DNA of 60,252 nt, counting the filler, from Pirum gemmata (Eukaryota): NCBI GenBank assembly GCA_002812295.1. It is 10 parts of 10 records of this genome, joined end to end, with 100 filler letters (N's around TTAATTAATTAA, not from the genome) between each part and the next. Parts side by side here need not be neighbours in the genome. Positions count along the whole stretch, not along the records: positions 36,184 to 42,106 come from PDIN01000396.1; positions 42,207 to 48,113 come from PDIN01000397.1; positions 48,214 to 53,911 come from PDIN01000398.1; 7 more parts are not named here. One strand, given 5' to 3'. Positions within the stretch are counted from its first letter, which is position 1, and each line of letters starts with the position of its first letter. Below are positions 39,540 through 51,251 of this stretch, one piece after another. The notes beneath the pieces are model-generated. The model searched no databases, was not told where the DNA came from, and saw nothing but the letters and a program-made list of their open reading frames with translations. Made by a program: the position numbers and the translations under genes.

Positions 39540-40004
39540 TTTGTCTGGGCTTTTAGTTTTTTTATCGCTTGGCGGACGACCTAGAAATGTAATACCTAGT
39601 GATTTATTCTATCCCGGTGTTTTCGGCAGAAGGACTTATTCACTGCCTACTTCACCTGGGGTACGGTATCCGATATGCTTTTATGAAAGCTGAACGAAAT
39701 AGTATCAAAAAGTATGATGAAATATAAGGTTCCCAATTATTATATTACATAATATATATTATTGGGTTATGTTTTTATTTGGCTTACCTTATTTCGAATA
39801 CTATTAATATTGCTATATTACAAGCATAAAGTATAAATGGCATTAAAATTTTATAAAAGTTATATATATTTTAATTAAGGATGTTACACAAGTGGACACC
39901 GGAACAGAAAATATTTTGCTGATCATCAACCTCCAAATGTGAAGGTATATTGGTGGCGAAGACTGAGATTTTATCCGCAATGTGAGCAGTGCTCTCACAA
40001 ACAA
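39540..40004 (+). pseudogene. Disrupted gene for an HNH/treble-clef-like protein; exons 39540-39728 and 39880-40004, possible further exon ~40391-40480
   Basis: LSGLLVFLSLGGRPRNVIPSDLFYPGVFGRRTYSLP / YAFMKAERNSIKK / GCYTSGHRNRKYFADHQPP...RFYPQCEQCSHKQ. Needs a frameshift near 39670 and has an in-frame TAA at 39725-39727. Confidence 0.6.
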
Positions 40005-41258
40005 GTAATATTTAATAATATATTGTATAGTAGTATATAGTACCATTGCATTATATATCAATTAGCAACGTCTAACCTCAACTAAACCTCAACAGCTATA
40101 TATATCTATATTAGCTAGTTAGGCTTTACAATCCCTAACCATCAAACGCTAATCTTTTTATTTTTTAACTAAATTTTATTCCGCTGTTCCAGTACTCCCA
40201 TTTATCTGTTTTGGTTGTAACATTTTTATAAATGTGCATAGATAATATAATATATTCTAATCAACATATTTTAACTTTGAATTTAATTAATATAATATCT
40301 CTAGTACTAATCGATTAGCGCTAATTATATAAATAATTTAGAGTCGATTCAGTAAAATAATTTTAAAATATTTTCATTCTCACTAAACAGTAACCCAATG
40401 CATCAGTACTTCGTTTATACCATTTTTGGTTTCCACCCAGTTCAAGTTCTGTATTTTCCCTTTGGCATCCAGAATCTCAAATTTAATTTGAATGAATATA
40501 AATATATCAATTAGCTTATAAGTTTAGTTTGAATAATAATAATAATACATTGTTAAATATAATTATATGATTTCTAATTATATGTAATTAGTGTTAAGTG
40601 ATGTTTATTTGTGTACATAATAATTTCACAGCAATATATTCTATAGGTATATTATAGATGGAGTTAGAGACTGTTTGTTTGGATTAGTATAATAATTACA
40701 TATGATCATATTAAAATAAGAATGCGAAAAGCGAACAAATGAAATTTATAGGTATACAGCTGCAGAATATTATACATTAAAAAGAATAATATAGGGAGCA
40801 AAATGTGAAAAATATTATGTGGAATTGCTTTAGAAAAGGAAAAATTGGAAAATTGAAATTTATGCGCATGCAGTCAAAAGCACAATATGGGGTGCAAAAC
40901 GACAAATAATAATAATAATAAGAACCTCCTTATACTGATAAATCGTCATGCTATAACGAAAACTGCAGCTATCCAATTTCCATCCAAACGTTCTAACTCG
41001 TACTGCGCAATAAATATATGAATACATAAATATACAACTATATAAATAAATAAATAAAGGAGCAAAAATATTAATATATTATTTATTTATTATTTATGAA
41101 TAAATAAACATGCATATGATTGAAAAAATAGTACATTCTCTTATTCTATGTTTTAAAAAAGACACTTGAATAATTTCAAATTATAACTGATACTCATTAC
41201 AACAACAACAACAGCAACAACAACAAATACAAATACAACAAATACAACAAATACAAAT

Positions 41259-41324
<66 letters not shown>

Positions 41325-41339
41325 GCAGCAACAGCCTCA

Positions 41340-41960
41340 TATACGCTTGAGATGTGGAGTGGGTACTATCTTCGCTAATGTATTCGCCATCCTATCATCT
41401 ATGGAGATGATACTCACGATAACTTCATTCACACTGTGTGGCATGTCTTTGTATTTCAACGTGGCGTAGTTTTCTGGTAATACCCGGGGCATTCGCAACC
41501 TTGATCACTACCTGGCTATCTGAGTATAGTATAGTCGATCTTGAACCGTATCTGAAGGAGTAGGTTGCCTAACCATACTATATGCTTGTATCCTTTTCTT
41601 AAGCTTCGGATAGTGCGCTATATCCCGATTCATAATGGTACAGTTTTCTGTAATGAGGATTTCCATAGTACGGGTGAATCATTTACGAACAGTAGTACTT
41701 GGTTCTAGAATCAAAACCTTGAACATAATTCGCACCACTATACGTTGTGATTCATATAATTATGTCTCCCATTTGTTTGTTGAATCAGATAGCGGACTGT
41801 AGCTTTACCTGAATCCAAGCGCCCCGTGTTGGTGTCTTGCTGAATCGTGCTAGCATTAAAACCATCGCCGCTATATCGGGTCGGCTTAACAGTTACAATG
41901 GATTTTAATGATCCAACTAGACTTAGATAAAGTTCCGAAAAAGATTAGTCGTCTTCTTTG
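41340..41960 (-). pseudogene. Degraded Ty1/copia pol fragment (RT C-terminus and RNase H)
   Basis: Frameshifted pieces in copia order: YLSLVGSL, RPDIAAMVLMLARFSKTP, WKSSLQKTV, ESGYSALSEA, LYSDSQVVIKVANAPG..RKLRHVEI, DDRMANTLAK. Confidence 0.85.
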
Positions 41961-42059
41961 AGTTATCCACTCTAAACCATATTTTTTATATATAAATAGG
42001 GGCAGAATTACGCACAAAAATATTCTTCGAAAAAGCTACACAATTTGTGGAAGAGCTTG

Positions 42060-42105
<46 letters not shown>

Positions 42106-42302
42106 CNNNNNNNNNNNNNNNNNNNNNNNNNNNNNNNNNNNNNNNNNNNNTTAATTAATTAANNNNNNNNNNNNNNNNNNNNNNNNNNNNNNNNNNNNNN
42201 NNNNNNATTATTATTATTATTATTATTATATATTCTATGCAACCCCTTTCCATCCACCAACTACAAAATTAACAATAATTTGAAAGAGAAAGGTTCATTG
42301 TA

Positions 42303-42510
42303 TATTTTGATTCGATTTTAAACTCTAACCGGAATCCAATATTAATTTTTTTTTTTTTAATTCGATATATATTTTATTTGTCCCCATACTATCCTGTCGC
42401 CAAATTAAAGCTTATTTTGATTCGATTCCGGAATCCAATATTAATTATTATTTTTTTTAATATATTTTATTTGTCCCCATACTCTCCTGTCGCCAAATTA
42501 AAGCTTATTG
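42303..42510. repeat. Local tandem duplication (~95-110 bp)
   Basis: tattttgattcgatt..ccggaatccaatatt..tgtccccatact..cctgtcgccaaattaaagcttatt occurs twice. Similar local duplications lie at 39320-39505, 31565-31618 and 56622-56682. Confidence 0.8.
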
Positions 42511-43936
42511 TTCTTAATTTGTTTTTTATTTTTAAATTATAATAAACCCCCAACCCCAACCCTTTGCATCCCGCTCAACCACAATCACAAATATTCAGCA
42601 AAAAAATATATTATGACAGTATTATAACAAATATCGTAATTTGCAACAGTAGACCGCTTTTCGTTTGGATGATTTCAAGACCGAAAAAAAAATCGTTTAT
42701 GATCCCTTTAGATGATCCTTTCATGATACTTTTAGATTTTCTACTGATAGCACAATGAATGAACTACAAGAATAATAAATATTGTTACACAAATAAATAT
42801 TTTTCGCAATATCACCCCTCTAGTTATTAAGAAAAGTTATTATTAGGGGGCTATTAATGGGTTAAAGGTAAACGTATTTAGAATATTATTATAATTATTA
42901 TTATTTTTTTATTATTTTTTTTATTTATGTAGTTTTTGCACATCTTTCTCAGTTAAGTACCTCCTGATGTTATAAATTTGAATTTTTTTATATATTATGC
43001 ATTCGATGCTGCAGCTTATAAATATTATTACCAGAAATCAAATTATCTTATTATTATTATAATAATAATATAAAGGTGAAAACGATTTCGAATTCATGTT
43101 TTCTAATCTTATGTTAGTTACATTATGTATATTAACCCCAGTAACAACAATACCAACAGCAAAAATTTTATTGATAGGAGTTGGTTTTTGAATTGTTGGG
43201 TTATATATTATTTTATTTCGTAATTCTACATCACATTGATACATCTATTTATACTACACTTTTAATTAAATAAATTTTTATGATAATATATAAAAAAAAA
43301 TGTTTTTGGTTAGTTTTTAACAGGTTTTTAACACACGTTTATTACGATCTTAGACATTGCTGGCAAATATTGCAACTGAGCCTGTAACTGGACAAAAGGA
43401 CAACAACGAATAATCCTAAGAATACATTTTATATAATTAATATTATTATTAATCGTATGTAACCATATTATATTCATATTCATATTCATAATCATAAATC
43501 ATAACCATAACCATAACCATAACTATAACCATAACCATAACCATAACCATAACCATAACCATAACCATAACCATAACCATAACCATAACCATAACCATAA
43601 CCATAACCATAACCATAACCATAACCATAACCATAACCATAACCATAACCATATTATTATAATAGAAAATATCCATGCATCGGATATATATATACCAATT
43701 TACCATAAAAGGGTAACTTTCTCTTGACTAATAATACGAAACATAAAAATTATAATGAATACTGTTTGAACTTACTAGTTGAACTTATAATATTATTAAT
43801 ATTTATTTCCCAATCCCACAAACACTGAAGAACCACCATTTATCTTTATTCGGTATTGATATCTGACTTTAAATTTAAAATTTATTACTAGCTAGAGTTA
43901 TATGTTATATATATATATATAACTCTTGGTTATTAA

Positions 43937-44223
43937 AGTGATATTAATTGTTTTAATACTAAACTTGACGCCTTATTTAGAGGAAATTAATAAATAAATA
44001 ATTGAGTATAACAAAGGTGCAACCAATAGTACTATTAAATTTGATTTAGTTGAATTTATTAGCTGTTACTAGCTGTTGTTAATTAATCTAGTAAATTCAA
44101 TTAAATCAACTTTAATAGTACCATTGGTTACTCCTTTGTTTTGCTCAATTAATTGTTTATTAATTTCTTTTAAACCCGTTTGTAATAAGGTGTCAAGTCA
44201 GTGGTAAAACAATTAATATAACT
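43937..44223. repeat. Long imperfect inverted repeat (arms 43937-44062 and 44088-44223, 25-nt loop); candidate hairpin RNA
   Basis: The inner 86-bp gapless stem has 12 differences; an outer stem continues after a one-sided bulge. Confidence 0.85.
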
Positions 44224-44922
44224 ACGATCAAAATTTTGACCATCATGATGTAAATGTTGATTATTCATTATTAAAATTAATTTAATAATTTTTTTAAAAA
44301 GGTAATTATAATATATATATTATTGGTTATTATATTTAGCTATTACTTTACTTATCTTTATTTTAAAAATACTATCGATAAGTTTGAAAAATATATTGAC
44401 GCATGTGATTTATTAAAAAAGAATTAAAATGCAAACTTATAACCGGGATGAATACCATGTACACTACCATAATATATCTGATATCATAGGGGGGGGAGTC
44501 TATACTGGGTCTATGATTCATATCACGATACAACTACCGATACTAGCCTAGCTAGCTAGCTAGTATGCCACATGACCCAACATACCCATTAGTCTATCTT
44601 ATTATATTTATAAATAACTATGATAGCTACTACTATCATACAAGTAAGTTAGCTAGCTAGACTACTACTAGCTAGCTAGCTAGCTAGGTCTACATTGACT
44701 CTACAAGATTCTACAAGCTAGACTATCAAATAGTATGGTCATACCACTAGCTAGCTAGCCTACTTAGAGTATCATACAGTTTCTAGCTAGCTAGCTACTG
44801 TACTAACTAGCTAGACTAGCTAGCTAGAGCTAGCTGTATCTAGCCAGCTAGCTATCAGGATAGTTAGTAGTTGGTCATTATTTTTTTATGCATGTAGACC
44901 CCCCGGGGGGTCTATCATGTAT

Positions 44923-44961
44923 CAAGGACTTCAAAAAAAGAACCTTTTTTTGAAGTCCTTG
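44923..44961. mobile_element. Mini TIR-only element (39 bp) with 7-bp TSD CATGTAT
   Basis: CATGTAT-caaggacttcaaaaaaag...ctttttttgaagtccttg-CATGTAT. Confidence 0.75.
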
Positions 44962-45514
44962 CATGTATGCATATTAGACCATAAAAAAAACTTATTTTTT
45001 ACACAGGGAAGGAATATTTATTTATAAATTATTTAGAAGAAATTTTGGCCTGCCTTTTTTGCTAGCTTTTTTTTGTAATATTGACCATTCATCACGCTTG
45101 TTATAATTGCATCACAGAAATTGCGCAGGAATTGGAGCACCGGTAGCTCCGGGCTGTACAGTAGTTTTGTTGGGAGTAGTACTCTAGCTAGTCTAGCTAT
45201 CATAGTTTATTAATTAATTAGTAGCTAGCTAGCTAGCTAGTAGTAGCTAGCTAGAGTAGAAGCCTAGCTAGCTATGATAGTAGTCTAGCTAGCTCTAGTA
45301 GTAGCTACTAGTAGTAGATATCACAGCTGTCGTATGATATGATAGTGGTCTAGCTATCCCTTGCTAGCTATCATAGCTATGATAGATATCCGGATAGTAG
45401 ACCTACTAGCTAGTATCGACGGGGAGGTCTGGTGGGGGGGGTGATAGCAGGGGGTGATAGTAGCCTAGCTAGCTAGCTACTAGCTAGCTACTGTGGACGT
45501 CTCTGCTAGCTACC

Positions 45515-45703
45515 TATAGTGCTTTTCAATTGTTTTGTCATTATAAAGTATACAATAAATAGTACCAAATTAATATAATTTAAATTCATTTAATCTAATT
45601 TGGTATACTTTGTTATCTGTATATTGATTTAAAATTGTCAATTTAAAGATTATAACCCTCCAAATAAGTATTCGGAGTGACAAAATAAATGAAATGCACG
45701 ATA
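45515..45703. mobile_element. MITE family A full copy (TIR TATMGTGCTTTTCA); partial copies at ~29485-29581, 30290-30435, 32201-32368, 38477-38656, 49043-49119, 49263-49430, 49510-49658, 60107-60252
   Basis: Terminal inverted repeats plus a conserved AT-rich interior, about 11 copies across seven contigs. Confidence 0.85.
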
Positions 45704-46224
45704 GCTACTAGTAGGTTCTATCGATAGAGTATCGATAGTAGACTAGTCTTGCTGATACAGCTGCTGACTGCTGAATCAGTGCTGATACCTCTACTAGACT
45801 AGCTAGCTAGCTAGCTACTAGCTAGTAGTAGTAGAGCTACATACTAGCTAGCTAGCTATAGACTACTCTCTCCCCTGCTCTCCCCCCCTACTAGCTAGCT
45901 AGCTAGTAGCTATGATAGAGGGTCTACTCCCCCACACTAGCCCACACTCTACTAGCTAGCTAGTAGCTAGTAGCTATGAATTTGTGACTGAATTATGTAT
46001 GATAGTGTCGTGAAATAGTTGGTTGCGATTAGGTACGACTCGAAAAATTTAATTTGAACTTCCGAGTTCCGAATTTTGCAGTTCGAGTTGGGTCCATAAT
46101 TATTTTGGTTTGGAAAGACTTGTTGTTCAAGACTTCACTTTGCTCAAAAATAAAATTTCACTTTTTTTTTTTTTTGAGTATCATAGACCGTCTACTTGGG
46201 GTGGGGATACTGTGTGGGGATCAT

Positions 46225-46287
<63 letters not shown>

Positions 46288-46712
46288 ATTAGCTTAGAAA
46301 GGGCTAAGCCAGGGTTAAGGTGGGGGTAATTTGACCCGGTCTAGGGGAATGGTAAGGGATAGTAATAGCCTTAACTCCTTCCACCCTAAAGGGTTCTGAA
46401 GTAATTGTGACTCCATGCTCCCACTCGCTGTAAACTGTGCTGAATATGATAGACCAGACCTCCTACTAGCTAGCAGAGTCTAGCTAGTCTTTTCAGAACT
46501 TCAGTTAGAAGTTAGAAGCTCCTTTTTTATTTTTAATTTATCATAATATTATGATATTATTTGTTATATCATTTTATTATTTAATATTACATCGGAGGTG
46601 CGAAAATAAATAAATAAAAAATTAGTATTATCATTATCGTTATTATCATTATCATTATCATTACCAGTATTGTTGTCATTATCATTATCGTTACCAATCT
46701 TATTTCTTAAAA

Positions 46713-47987
46713 ATGTCAGAAGGTGGTGGTCCAAAAAGCATTTTTGACGAAGAAGGGGAGAATTCCTCTTATTTCCTCTTAACTATTTTAGTTTTATATT
46801 TGATAGTTGCCACATACAAATTATTTCTAAGCCAAGGCCCAGAAAGGGGTACTTTTTTAAATAACCATCTTCCTTTTTTGTTCATTGTTTTACTCAGTGC
46901 CATTATTTATTTTTTATTGTTTTCATTGTTATTTATTATGAGGAACAACAAATCGTAATCATCGTAATCGTAATCGTAATCGTAATCGTAATCGTAATCG
47001 TAATCGTAATCGTAATCGTAATCGTAATCGTAATCGTAATCGTAATCGTAATCGTAATCGTAAGTAAATCGTAATCGTAATCGTAATCGTAATCGTAAAT
47101 CGTAATCGTAAATCGTAATCGTAATCGTAATCGTAATCGTATTCGTATTCGTATTCGTATTCGTATTCGTATTCGTATTCGTATTCGTAGTCGTATTCGT
47201 AATCGTAATCGTAATCGTAATCGTAATCGTAATAATCGTAATCGTAATCGTAATCGTAATCGTAATAGTACGAGCAGCATTAAGATTCCGGTTAAGTTTA
47301 CGAATATGCTTACGCTTAAGTTTGTGTACTACTACTGCTACTACTACTATTACGCTAATTTTTATATTACTCCTGTTATTACTATTACTATTACTATTAC
47401 TACTTCTATTATTGTTACTATTGCTATTGCTATTACTATTACTACTATTACTATTACTATTACTATTAGTATTGCAATTACTAGTGCTATTACTATTACT
47501 ATTACTATTGCTATTGCTGTTACCCTAGCTATTACTACTATTACTATCATTACTACTATTAGTATTAGACTATACTATTACTATTACTATTACTATTACT
47601 ATCACTATTACTATTACCATTACTATTACTATTTCTGTATTAGTATTAGTATTAGTATTAGTATTAGTATTGGTATTAGTAATAATATTAGCATTAGAAA
47701 TAATATTAGTATTAGTATTAGTATTAGTATTAGTATTAGTATTAGTATTTGTATTACCATCACTACCACTACCACCATCACTACTTAACTATCACTAACT
47801 TTATTATTATTGCTATTACCATTGCTATCAAGTACTTCTCTTGGAATTCCATTTTCATTTTTCTTTCTTTCCTTCGTATGTGTTGTTGTGTAGAGGGTAT
47901 TCCTAAAGATGGATTAAAGTTTAGAAATTTATCATTTAAAAAGCTTCACAATATATCGGTCAAAAAGAGGAAACAAAGCCCTGTTGG
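46713..47987 (+). CDS. SEC63: Probable Sec63 translocon subunit, 5' exons 46713-46848 and 47894-47987 (3'-partial)
   Basis: FDEEGENSSYFLLTILVLYLIVATYKLF resembles the Sec63 N-terminal YD(E/D)xG..YFL...ATY transmembrane start. A phase-1 join leads to a basic loop exon ending in GTAAGT. The J-domain is not in the window. Confidence 0.55.
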
Positions 47988-48809
47988 GTAAGTTTATATA
48001 TTATGATTTTACGTCTATTTTGTGATTACAAAATGATAGTTTACCTGAATATTGATTATTTACTGCTATGATGTTATCTTATTATTATTATTATTAATTA
48101 TTATTATTATTATNNNNNNNNNNNNNNNNNNNNNNNNNNNNNNNNNNNNNNNNNNNNTTAATTAATTAANNNNNNNNNNNNNNNNNNNNNNNNNNNNNNN
48201 NNNNNNNNNNNNNCCGATTTTGCCATCGAACAGCAAGAAAAAACATTATTTTCAGCACTTGTTCTAATTAAAACATCATTTTCCATTTTCCCCTAAATTT
48301 TGCTGACTCGAAAAAAAAAAAAAAAAAAAATTATATGTGAAATTTTTTTAGAAAAAAAAGGAAAAAATGGGTGGGCTCATATGAGTCCTTTTTTCTGACC
48401 GATAGAGACTAGCTACTACTACTAGCTAGAGGGGTCTATAGCTACTGTCAAACCGAGTCAAACCGAGACTTTTTCCTCATCTCTCAGAAAATGCGGGAAA
48501 GTGCGAAAAATTCTTATCAGTTTGAAATTGAGTTTGATAATTGATTTGAAAAAAAAAAATACAATTTTAAATTTTTCGAACAAAAATAAAGTATTATAAT
48601 AATATTCGAAAAAAAAAGTATTTGAGCTTGATCGAACTTTGAAGGTCAGTGATAATGGATTGATAATGGTCATAGTTTTAAAAAGTCTACTAGCTAGAGA
48701 GGACTTCTAGCTAGCTAGCTACTAGCTACCTAGCTAGAGAGGGCTTTTAGCAGCCCAAAAGACCTAACTCCTAAAGCTACTTTACATATTTTTTGAGCGT
48801 AACCCTAAC

Positions 48810-48839
48810 CAAGGACTTCAAATTTTTTTGAAGTCCTTG
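48810..48839. mobile_element. Mini TIR-only element (30 bp) inserted in a CCCTAA array, 7-bp TSD CCCTAAC
   Basis: CCCTAAC-caaggacttcaaatttttttgaagtccttg-CCCTAAC. Confidence 0.7.
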
Positions 48840-50106
48840 CCCTAACCCTAACCCTAACCCTAACCCTAACCCTAACCCTAACCCTAACCCTAACCCTAAC
48901 CCTAACCCTAACCCTAACCCTAACCCTAACCCTAACCCTAACCCTAACCCTAACCCTAACCCTAACTACTACTAGCTCTAGCTAGCTAGCTAGCTATCCC
49001 GGAATAGCTATTTAATACGTATAGTTACGATTAGTTTACGATATCGTGCTTTTCATTTATTTTGTCACTCTGAATATTTATTGTTTATTTTATGATGATA
49101 AAACAACTGAAAAGCATTAGCTATGATACATATTATCATAGCATCATAGCTATAGTATATACCTAGCTATAGTAGCTAGCAGCTATCTGATACCAGCTAA
49201 GACTGAAGTAGTTAGAACTGTAGAAGAGTCGTTACATAGTCGTTACATAGACAAGTCTACTACTATCGTGATTTTCATTTATTTTGTACATGTCACTCTG
49301 AATATTTATTTGGAGGGTTTTAATATTTAAATTGTCATTTTTAAATCAATAAATAGATAATAAAATATACCAAAATGTAACAAATGGACTTATATTGTAT
49401 TTATTTGGTACTATTTATTGTATATTTTATGTATTATCGATATATGATAGTAGCTATCGATATGATAGCTAGCTAGTAGACTAGCGCTACCGCTATTAGA
49501 CTATATTATACAATAAAGAATACCAAATAAATAAAAATCCATTTCATTTAATTTGGCACACTTTATTATCTATTTATTCATTTAAAAATGACAGTTTAAA
49601 TATCATATCCAACCAAATAAATATTCTGAGTGACAATATATAAATGAAAAGCATAATATCGATACATTGAATACAACGTAAACTATAATACATGAGAGCT
49701 ATATATTTATATATAAAAGTATGATACATTTGATACTACATCTGTACTATGTGTTTATATACGTAAGCCGATACAGGCCTATGTTTACCAGTAACCCTGT
49801 AGAGACCCTAGCTAGCTAAAGCTATGGGAGCGTTCATATAATACGTCACGTCAAGGGGTAGGTAGGTAGGCGGTATTTGACTGGAAATTAACGTCAAGGG
49901 GTAGGTAGGTAGGGGTATTTGAAGCTGCATCGATAGATAGTACCAGTAGGTAGTATCAGTATCAATAGTGTTGTATCATAGTATAGACTATTTGGTAGAA
50001 GTCTGGTCAAGACCCTTTTATGGCCCCATTTCCTTGGAGTCTTTTGGTATCAAGTCACCGTATCATAGACCCTCTGGTTTCTGGACTATGGAGTCTGGTG
50101 ACTCTG

Positions 50107-50169
<63 letters not shown>

Positions 50170-51251
50170 CTTTTTTTTTTTTTTCCTTTTTTTTTTCCTT
50201 CCTTCTCTTTTTTTGTATGTCTTTTTGTTCTCTACTAGCTAGTAGTAGCTCGTAGCCTCTCGTAGCTATATTGACCAAGGTTCTTTTATTAATTAAAAAA
50301 AAATACCAATAATAAATATAATATTATATTTATTAATAAATCATACTATATTTACATTAAAGGCTGGTTCCTACTACTCTTTTATTATATTTATATTTTG
50401 AAAAAGATAAACGATAAACGATAAACGATAAATATAAACAATAAAAAATGAAACAATAAACAATAAACAATTAACAATAAACAATTAACAATAAACAATT
50501 AACAGTAAACAATTAACTGTTAACAATAAAGAATAAAGAATAAAAAATAAAGAATAAAAAATAAAGAACAAAGAACAAAGAACAAAGAACAAAGAACAAA
50601 CAACAAACAATAAACAATAAACAATAAACAATAAACAATAAACAATAAACAATAAACAACAAACAACAAACAATAAAAATAAACAATAAACAAAAAACAA
50701 TAAACAATGAACACAATAAACAATAAACAATAAACAATAAACAATAAACAATAATAAACAATAAACAATTAACAATTAGCAATTAACAATTGACAATTAA
50801 CAATAGTTAACTAACTATCGATATTATTCAACCTTTGTTACTCGCATTTACAATTTTAGTAAAAGAAAAAGAAAAATTAAAGTTAATACAAATATTTACT
50901 TGTTCAATAGTGCTTCAGACAAAAAATAAAACAAATAGCAAGATAAACATCCAACCAACCAACCAATAAAAGTAAACACAAACAATATATACAGTATCCA
51001 AACAAATTAATTAAAAATAAATAGAAGATAAAAAAATACTTTCGTAAAATCTAGTATATAAAGTATATGAAATTGTGTATATAATATATATAGCCATAAT
51101 AGCAATAGTAAGTATAAAAACAATCGTGATTAACATAGTGATGTTTTCATATAGGAAAAATTAAATTCACTTTACGTATACGTATGTATATATTGTATAT
51201 AAATATATGTACATATGATATATTTGTATAAATATAATTTTTGGTTTAAAA

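Noticed and set aside
42564..43420. Possible exon fragments
   Set aside because: No consistent splice model or recognisable motif.
46936..47788. Long poly-IT, poly-L, poly-RL ORFs (also 37431-37841, 50485-50782, 51430-52083, 56723-57460)
   Set aside because: Translations of microsatellites, several lying inside introns.
48800..48967. True chromosome telomere
   Set aside because: Short tract with unique sequence on both sides, so interstitial.
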